A DNA stretch of 64,000 nucleotides, from the NCBI GenBank assembly GCA_030704615.1, contig CM060733.1, positions 41,664,001-41,728,000 on the forward strand, given 5' to 3'. The notes beneath the pieces were generated by a model that did not search any database, had not been told where the DNA came from, and saw only the letters and a list, made by a program, of their open reading frames with translations. The stretch comes from Takakia lepidozioides. Taxonomy: Eukaryota; Plantae; Bryophyta. A program made the translations under genes and the position numbers. Below, piece by piece: positions 52,510 to 60,911 of this stretch. Numbering within the stretch: position 1 is the first letter of the stretch; every line of letters starts with the position of its first letter.

Positions 52510-54105
52510 ATTGCGACTGCCCAGCGGGGCAAGATACCAACACTAGCCGCCTTTACAGCTGCAGTTAGTTGGCCTGGAGAGTTGCTGGAGGGCAATGCCC
52601 ATGCAGAGGATGTGCCACCTCCAGCAGAGCAGGATGACATGCATGGTATGGCGGAGTTGCCTGCCATGGTTGCTCACACTCCATTGAGGGGTACGAGCAA
52701 GGATTTGCAGCAGGGTGCTGATGGACGGGTACAACAAGCTTGGGTAGAAGCTTTCGTACCGTCAGGAGAGGGGGAGAGTGCGGTGATTGCACCAGGATCA
52801 CCCCAGTTGTTGCCATTGGACACCACACCTCTTGTGTGGCAGCGCCTGGATGAAGGCATATGCCTTCTGGACTTGTTTGGCGGGATCAACACTGGATTGG
52901 CTGCAGTGCTGCAGGCAGGTGTACGAGTTCGACGTTACCTGTATGTGGAGAGGGATGAGACTGCACGACGCGTCTCACTGCGCCATGTGGCTCAGTTGGT
53001 ACAGCAGTACCCTGACTTGTTGCCTGTGTCTGCAGTTCGTGGATACCAACAAGCCTTGCCAGCAGACATTTCCTTGTTGGGGGCGCAGGATTTGGAGCAG
53101 GTTGGCTCCATTGATCTGATAGTGGCAGGTTGGCCCTGCCAAGGGCATTCATCAGCCGGGCATGGCAATGGATTGCGAGACTCAAGGACGGGTCTATTTT
53201 GGGAGATGGTGCGGGTTTTGCGCCACTTGCAGCTTCATCAAGCTGTATCTCCAGCATACATCTTGGAGAATGTGCCACTGATGGGTGATTCTCGGGCCAA
53301 GGTGATGGCCAGTGTGCATCAAGTCCGGTCGTGGCTTGGGTCAGCAGTGTTGTTGGATGCAGCTGCAGTGGGGTCACGGGCTCATCGTCCACGGCTTTGG
53401 TGGACTAACTTGATGCCACCCGCACTGCTCAAGCGTGCATTTGATGGGGTGCAGCGGCCAGCACACCTCACCGTGGATGGCATTTTGGACACGGGGAGGC
53501 AGTCTCAACGTGTGAGACACGACGACCGTTCGCCTTTGGTAGTGGTCAACAGGGTGGGTCAACCACGAGCAGCATTACCTATACTGCTCAGCTTCCCAGG
53601 ATCCCATGCTTTTCGGGATGGTGGACCTGGCCTCTTGTGGGATAGCCAGTTGCAACAGTTAGTGGAGCCTAATGCCGACGAGCGAGAGCGGGCTATGGGA
53701 TTTTCCACTGGGACCACGGCGGTGCCTTCTCTTTCTGAGGCATCACGTCGTCAGGTGTTGGGGCAAGCAATGGATCTCAATTGCTTGACCTGGATTATCA
53801 GCTTGGCTATGGCTGAGCAACGTAGAGTGCGGAGTGCACTTCCCTTGACGGTCTCTCTGCCTACTGAGACGGTACAGGCAGCGAGTGGGGGCGAGTCGGT
53901 GAGGACCACGGGGTGTAGACATCCATGGCACACGTGGGAGGTGCTCGAGGTTCAGAGGGAGTTGGCAGCCAAGGCAACTGTGATGGATGAGGTTGGGGAT
54001 TCTTCTCGGGATGAGGAGGTTCTCAATGATGAGATGATGGGGCATGATGAGGCCTTGTCATTGATTGAGCAGGAAGGGAGTACTGCTCAAGAGGTTGCAG
54101 CATAG
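52510..54105 (+). CDS. C5 cytosine DNA methyltransferase domain (DNMT3-like) of the Gypsy polyprotein
   Basis: Motif I LLDLFGGINTG, IV DLIVAGWPCQGHS, VI YILENV, VIII AHRPRLWWTNL, IX ERERAMGF, X RRQVLGQAM. The order is canonical and the domain has no internal stops. Confidence 0.92.
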   Translation: MATAQRGKIPTLAAFTAAVSWPGELLEGNAHAEDVPPPAEQDDMHGMAELPAMVAHTPLRGTSKDLQQGADGRVQQAWVEAFVPSGEGESAVIAPGSPQLLPLDTTPLVWQRLDEGICLLDLFGGINTGLAAVLQAGVRVRRYLYVERDETARRVSLRHVAQLVQQYPDLLPVSAVRGYQQALPADISLLGAQDLEQVGSIDLIVAGWPCQGHSSAGHGNGLRDSRTGLFWEMVRVLRHLQLHQAVSPAYILENVPLMGDSRAKVMASVHQVRSWLGSAVLLDAAAVGSRAHRPRLWWTNLMPPALLKRAFDGVQRPAHLTVDGILDTGRQSQRVRHDDRSPLVVVNRVGQPRAALPILLSFPGSHAFRDGGPGLLWDSQLQQLVEPNADERERAMGFSTGTTAVPSLSEASRRQVLGQAMDLNCLTWIISLAMAEQRRVRSALPLTVSLPTETVQAASGGESVRTTGCRHPWHTWEVLEVQRELAAKATVMDEVGDSSRDEEVLNDEMMGHDEALSLIEQEGSTAQEVAA

Positions 54106-55359
54106 CAACCATGGGACGCGTCCTCTACCTCTAAGCCCACTGGACTTAAGGTTGCAGTTACGGAGGACAATTGGGAGCCTGACATTGGACCCATTGTCAC
54201 CGGAGGAGAGAGACGACGTATACGGCGGTTCCTGAGGGCTTACAGGAATTGCTTTGCCTTCAGTTTGAAGGACTTGGGAGCACTGAAGGGTCAAGAGATC
54301 CGTATTGAGTTGGCCACTGACATGCCAATCTTTCGGAGACCCTATAGATACAGTGACATGGAGAGGTCTTTGATTCAGATGAGGACTCAAGATCTCTGGG
54401 AGGCAGGTTTGGTGGAGCTTTCTGGTGGAGAGTATGTTTTAGCCACAGTGATGCCAGCCAAGAAGGATGTCTATGGCAATTGGACGGAGAGACGTATGTG
54501 CGGTGATTACCGGCCTGTAAATCGTCAGACCAAGTCTGATAGGTATGCCATGCCGACACCAGAGGAGATCTTTGATGCCATTGGGCATTCCAAGGTCTTT
54601 AGCACGTTGGATTTACGATCCGGATATCACCAGTTGCCAATCAAGGAGGCTAATAAGCAAAAGACGGCATTCTGGGGGATGAATGAGCACGAGAAGGATT
54701 GCCTATACCAGTGGCGGTTCTTACCATTTGGGCTTAAAAACGCTCCCGCTGAGTTTCAAAGAGTCATGGACAGGATTCTAGCAGGGGTGGAGTTTGCTCG
54801 GTGCTACATAGATGATATCATCATCTTTAGTGCTACGGTGGAGGAGCATGAGAGACACCTTCAGGGGGTATTTGAGCGCTTGAGGACGCACGGATTGAAG
54901 TTACATCCGGGCAAGTGCAAGTTTTTCCACAACCAGATTGAGTATCTGGGTCACATGATATATCCTGGAGGATTGGGGGTACAGCAGACTAAGGTAGAGT
55001 CCATTGCACAAGTTCCACGCCCCACGGATGTGAGCCGAGTTCGAGCTTTCATGGGGTTAGCAAACTATTACAGACGGTTTGTTAAGGGATTTAGTGCCAT
55101 TGCAAAGGCTCTAACCAAGCTGACCAAGGTGGACCAAGAGTGGCAGTGGGAAGATGAGCAAGAACAAGCTTTTCAAGAGCTCAAGGTGAGGTTGACCTCG
55201 GCGCCCATCTTGAGACGACCTATCAGGGGGCGTCTTTTTCAGCTGCATACAGATTGGAGCATGCTGGGGCTTGGAGCGGTGCTCACACGGGTGGATGATG
55301 AGGGAAGAGAGTTCGTAGTGGCTTATGCTAGCCGCTCAAACAATGCTGTAGAGTCTAAG
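54106..55359 (+). pseudogene. Gypsy reverse transcriptase and truncated RNase H
   Basis: YRNCFAFSLKDLG, MCGDYRPVN, LDLRSGYHQ, LPFGLKNAP, YIDDIII, FMGLANYYRRF, LHTDWSMLGLGAVL, VAYASRSNN. Same frame as the DNMT, separated by one TAG. Confidence 0.95.
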
Positions 55360-55500
55360 ATTGTGGCAGACTACTTTATTGTGCATATATGTGTGGTGTG
55401 GTTTGGACAGCGATGTAGTTGTGTAGCGATACGTATGCGCACGACAGTAACTTTGATGTTATTGAGAAATTGAGTATGGCTCCCAAAGAGGGTTTAGCAC

Positions 55501-56018
55501 TTACTCACATGAAAAGTCGTTGTCGACCTGCTTATCTTCGGGATCGTTATCATTTCGAATTTGAATCCGATCAGTCTGTGTGCCTGAAGTGGAGCCAGAC
55601 AAAAGGGGGAGGAGCACTGTGTTGTAGAGGTCAGAATCACCCTCCATGCCAAAAAGGCTTCTTCCGCCTGACTTGCATGCATGGTAAGTTGCTCATGCAC
55701 TAGACAGGAGGACATGAACAGTTTGGTGGGGGGGATTTAAGCAAATGAAACTGTTGAAAGAAAACCAATTCGGAAGGGAAAGAACGAACCTGTGGACACA
55801 GAAAGATCGACCACCCGTGCAGAGCGGTGGCTGCATGACTCCAACAGTATTTGCATGAACGCTGGGGATTTTTCCTTTGCACCTCTCCAGGGAGTGCCAT
55901 CTGGTCTCTTCAGAGTCATTTGCTCTCTTGCTCTGTGTCTCTCTCTAAGGGAAGTAAAATAAAGAGACTTTCTTCTCTTTCGTATTGTAGAAGGAACCCT
56001 CTCCAGCTTGACTACCAC
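55501..56018 (-). pseudogene. Degenerate amino-(N6A/N4C) DNA methyltransferase-like C-terminal domain; exons 55790-56018 and 55501-55694
   Basis: Joined peptide WRGAKEKSPAFMQILLESCSHRSARVVDLSVSTG|ATYHACKSGGRSLFGMEGD resembles the beta-class consensus QKPxxLxxxLIxxxSxxGDxVLDPFxGSGTTxxAAxxxGRxxIGxExD. The acceptor reads CAT instead of CAG. Confidence 0.55.
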
Positions 56019-56775
56019 TCTCTCTCTAAGTGCAAAAAGTAGAAAACCGCAGTGACTCCCGATTTCTTGCGGGATTGCATGCGTTGTTGCTTGTCTCTAG
56101 AAGCATCGGATTCCCTCTCGCGTGACCGTTACACATAGTCGTTCCCTTATTAGTGCACATGCCAGCAATTGGTGTACAACTGTTCGTATTCAGCTATGGA
56201 TGTCTGACGTGTGTCGCCCAAAATAAACGGCGTGTTCTTTCTTAGAACGGTTTCAATATTTAAAAATAACAGCGAATCCCAGAAATCTTGGCGCGCAGTC
56301 TTACACAAATAAATGTAAATGAACGAGAGTTTGATGACAAATTTTGGAATATCATACACGGTCATCCTTGTTAGCCAAACCCCACATTCGTTTCACATTT
56401 GGAACTTTCTAGGTGCGCATGATCATTGGTAGTAGTATAAAGATACATTTACTTAATCTGCAATCCCATCCTCAGATCCTGTGGCATGCTTCCAGGAAGT
56501 CGGCTTTGTTATTGGGTTTATTGATGAGATTTTGATTAACGGTTTAACAGCTGCCGACGCTGCTCCTAGGGATACTCTGACCACTGGGCCCACAAGAAAA
56601 GTAATTAAAATGGACGGCTGCATATCTGGAAAGAATAACATAATATGCACAGTCGTTGTCTGAGCTTCCTCCGCCATATTCTCTGCTCATTCTTCAACTG
56701 TGTTCTGGAGACATCAGTAAACCGATTTACACTAGATCTGCGATAACAAGGTATAAACGTACGCGAGGAAAGAAG

Positions 56776-59700
56776 ATGGCTTCCTCTGAAGCGGAGTTCT
56801 TCTCTGACGACAAACCAGTGCCGTTCTCCCAGGAAGTCCTTGACAATGGATTTGCAATTGTTCTGGAACATGTCTTGGCTACCCGTTTTCAGCTGCAGAA
56901 TGGCTCCATCTTTTTGGAGAAAGAGGTGTACGATCTTAAAGGGAAGTTGTTGAAATACTCTTTCCAAAACCGTGATGAGACGGCTCATATCAGCCAGTGG
57001 AGAGTGCGTCCTGGTCAATACAGAGTACTTGGAGAGCCTCGGCGAAAGTCCCTTGGGTCATATGTGACGCCCGGGACTGCTGCTTCGGTCGTTGAAGACA
57101 AGAGGGAGGTGGTGGTGAAAAAAGAACAGACGTCCTCCACTCCAATTGTTGAGCTTTCGGATTCTTCCGATGATGACATAAGTGAAATTCCAAATCCAGT
57201 CCTTCCTACTGTGGTTGGAGAAGCTGATGAAGAAGAGATTTGTAGTGTCATTCCAAAATTGCGGGTGATGGGAGGAATGGCTGGATTCAAAAGTGAGTTG
57301 CGGGGAATTGATTGGGAATCTTTGAAGCAGGTGCCTGTGAAGTTCTTGCCAGAGACTTTGAATGGCAATATCCTATTCGAGCTGCCTCCTCCTCCGCGAG
57401 TTGGAGGTGTAACAATCATGATGCATGGAATGGACAAGAAACACGACGGGCACCCATGGTGCAGAACAAAAACATCCAATATTCAGTATGATGACAAGCT
57501 TGTTTTCAGGAGGACAGTTTGCAATGGATACCTTAGGTGTGATAATTTGAATTGCAGACACTTTCTTCAGTCTGGGGTTCATAATCAAAGCGAATGGGAG
57601 GGTCTGGCGGAAAATCCATTTCAGCCTGGGACTGCCCCTCCACCGGCAAACACTTTCGTCTGCAAATTCTGCAAACTTGTGCCATCCTGCTTGGCGCTCT
57701 GCGGAGCAAGAATGTACTATGTTGTCCACCGTTTGAAAACAATGACAAGAGCTTGTGTGCATTTCGGATTCCATAATCATCCTGTCTCGAAGGGGGATTA
57801 CATGGAGAGTGTTGAGACAGTATCGAGGTTGATTAAACAGGAGTTCGGGAGAAACCCATCCGCAACAACATCTGCAATTGCTCTTGGCGCAAGCAAGTCC
57901 TTCTTGGAAAGCCATATTTTGAGTGAAGGGGATTCTGTGGGGACTAAACTTGACGGTGCAGCATTGGACCTGGTCATGGATCATTTCTCCACTTTAAGTT
58001 CACCTAACATTCGGCATCAGATCAATGCATTGAGAATGGGCTCTGGGATCAGAGGCTACATAGACAACATTTTGGAATTGAAACGAGTGAGCAAGTACGA
58101 TTACATCCAGGACAATGTATTCCCAGGTCAAGGTGTCATCAAAGTTTTTCTTTTCAAAATGTCGACTGTTGGGGAGGGCAGTGGGGTTAGCCTCGTGAAG
58201 CGGATGCAGAAGACTGGGGACTTGCAGAACTGTTTTCTTATGTTTGATCATGTGAAACGAGTGAAGGATTGGACGACAATGGCTTGTCATGTCTACGATC
58301 CAGTGTACCAACGAGTTATGACAATTGCAGTTTGTGACATGCAATCCGAGGATACGGAATCCCAGAAGCTCATGTGGAATTCCTTGATACGTGTCATGGG
58401 CTGCCATCTCCAAATTTCGCAGTTTTCATGGCGGATAGTGCTCAAGCAAATTTCAATGCTATTCGTATTGTCTTCGGATCGGGCGACCCAAAAGTGCCTA
58501 TGCCAAGAAGAGAGCGTACATGTCTATTCCATTGGACACAATCTCTGGAAAAACATACAAAGTCGGACATCAAACCAGAGATGCAGACTCAGCACCGTAA
58601 ATTGTGCAAAGAGTACAAAGATGCTAGAACAATGAAGGAGGCGAACACTTTGTTCCAGACAATTTGTGCCAGGTGGTTCTCCTCTGGAGCTGCATCACTT
58701 GAGAGTATGAGAGCATTGGAAGATTGGCTGGCGTTTTGGCACTTCCGGTATAGACAGTGGGGAGCAGCCATGCCATTGGTACGAGGCTTATATTTATTGC
58801 TTTATTCATACATTTGCTTTCCATTTTATTGTGTCCTCGCTTTCTTTATGTTGTTTTCTGTTCACTGTTTTGAAGTGTGGTTATGCACTTTGCAGAACAT
58901 GTCCATTGAGGAAATGGCGGGCATGCCATTTTGCAATTTGGCAGAAACTGTGCACAACGCATGGTTGCAGCAGTCTGGGAAACGAGGTCGGGATTTGTAT
59001 GTGGCAACAACAGATGATTTGATACGTGCCTTGCAACAACAAACCCGATACCGTGATTTCTTACGAGGTGGGGTTGGTGGCAAGGGTCCGGACAAATGGG
59101 AGTTGATGTTGCGTGCTGCAAACAGATCTGGGGAACGCCCAGGGAAGATAGCACGGGCGGTGAGCATGTATGCCCAGGGAACGCCACTTGTTTCTAGAGT
59201 TCCACATCTTGAAGGGGAGGAGAGATTCGGCTCCTGTAAGAGGAAATTGAACACTCCACCTGGTTCGGATTCAGATTCCCACAGGGCAGACCGTGATAAC
59301 TTCTCGAAGCCTCGTGTTCCCCTGCATGACAGCTCCATGTCCGGAACCTCCATTGTGGAGGAACCTCCAACACGACGGCAAGCTCCAGCATCAAATAGTG
59401 CCACTGAAATGGTGCAGGAGAGAAACAACCCCCTTGATGTGCTTGAGTCCGCATGCCCCGACCACGTTTGGCACATAGAACGCACAAGTGTAGGGTCTCG
59501 TGTGAAATGTACAGCGATCAGGGCAACTAATTTCGAGAAGTGCACTTCATCTATATCCAGAGGTGGTGCCCGAATTCCTGCTCCGACTTTCACGGGCTTG
59601 ATGCGTCCATACGGTCAACCAGAAGCCAAGAACCACAAGTTCTGGTTCTGTGCAGATGATTGTGCCAGATGTGTGCATGGAACTGTGCGTCCTTCCGTAG

Positions 59701-60284
59701 TGATGAAGCCATCTCCTCCAACCGTTTGGCCCGTGAAGGTGGGAACATATCTCAGCTTTCAGGAGATTGAAATGCTGGAGGAGGCAGGTTTTTCCCTTGC
59801 AAGACAACCCCAACTCCATGCATGTGCTACTACTTCTGCGTCCTCCCGGGTCCCCCCGGCAAATCCTGACTTGTGGCCAACCAAACGAGATGGAAAGCTC
59901 GTTCGGCGTTTCCCTCCAACCGCTGAACACTTTGGCAAAGTGAAGTCCGCAAGAATGCTCCAAGCTCGTGTTGGAAGCACCACGGAAGTACCCGATCCAA
60001 GATATGGTCGGGTATTCACAATCATCACTTCCACATCTGCTGTTCATGACAGGACCTACGACATCACGGTTTCCAATTTCCCCAATTGCACATGTCCTGA
60101 TTTTGTGAATATGCTATCAACCAGTTTGGGCAAGAGAGGTAAATTCATACCCTGCAAACATTTGTATTTCATATTTTTGAAGAGGATGGTTTGCGATCCC
60201 AAACGTGACAACTTCATTCACCAGGCCACTATGAGTTTCAACGAGGTCGATACTCTTTTGCAGCGGGATACAACACATGGGTAG
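56776..60284 (+). pseudogene. GCM/WRKY-like + MULE-type DDE + SWIM transposase, copy 2 (near full length, one frameshift at ~58400; intron 58779-58895)
   Basis: DGHPWCRTKTSN..RRTVCNGYLRCDNLNC..CKFC..CGARMY..HFGFHNHP (GCM-like), LMFDH, FMADSAQ, CLFHW, CNLAETVHNAW, CTCPDF...CKH. Confidence 0.8.
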
Positions 60285-60911
60285 CATCAACTATGCAATG
60301 TGGTATGTGGACGACCATGATTTGAAATGTGTAATTCACATCAATTCGTCGGCGGTGCAGTGATATGGCCTCCAACTATACGGAGTGAGCTCTGAGTGAC
60401 AACTTTTAGGTGGTGCACATTTGTCATTGCACCGTTCGAAGTCTACAGGTCTTGCTGTCGCTATGCACTACAATCATCTTTTGAAGATGATCCTAACTCT
60501 CATTGTTATTTGAGGAGGGAGGAAGGTCTTCCCGTGGCAGCCTTTATGGCGCACACCTTGTGAGGATATTTTTTCGTCCTCGTAATTGTAAAAGTGAAAC
60601 AAGCATTTGTAATTGCACAATGTTGGATGTTGCATTTGTAGGCTCAACGCTCGTCTTGATTCTATTTAGGCAAGATTCCCTGTATTAATTCCACGGTCAT
60701 AGGACCATCCACGGTTATAGGCGGCGCATGTTAATGCTGACGTGGCAGATGACGGACAGTGACATGTCATCATTTACCGCCACATCAGCATGCTAACACG
60801 ACGCTCACACCACGTCAGTGTGTGTGCAGGCTCACGCCACGTCAGCTGGCGTGAGCGTACGCTCGCGCGCTCACGCGCAACGCTCACGCCATTGCGTCGT
60901 TGTTGAATGAC

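Larger units (their letters stand above)
34298..55359 (+). mobile_element. Ty3/Gypsy retrotransposon encoding a C5 DNA methyltransferase; interrupted by CACTA-2 and truncated in RNase H (no integrase or 3' LTR; 5' boundary tentative)
   Basis: gag with Zn knuckles, protease LLDSGA, DNMT motifs, RT YIDD and RNase H TDWS in order on one strand. Protease to RNase H is in one frame after removing the CACTA. Confidence 0.85.

Noticed and set aside
52432-54105. Host or bacterial (contaminant) DNA methyltransferase gene with its own start at 52432
   Set aside because: The first 26 codons are CACTA terminal sequence, and the domain is in frame with the retroviral protease and RT.
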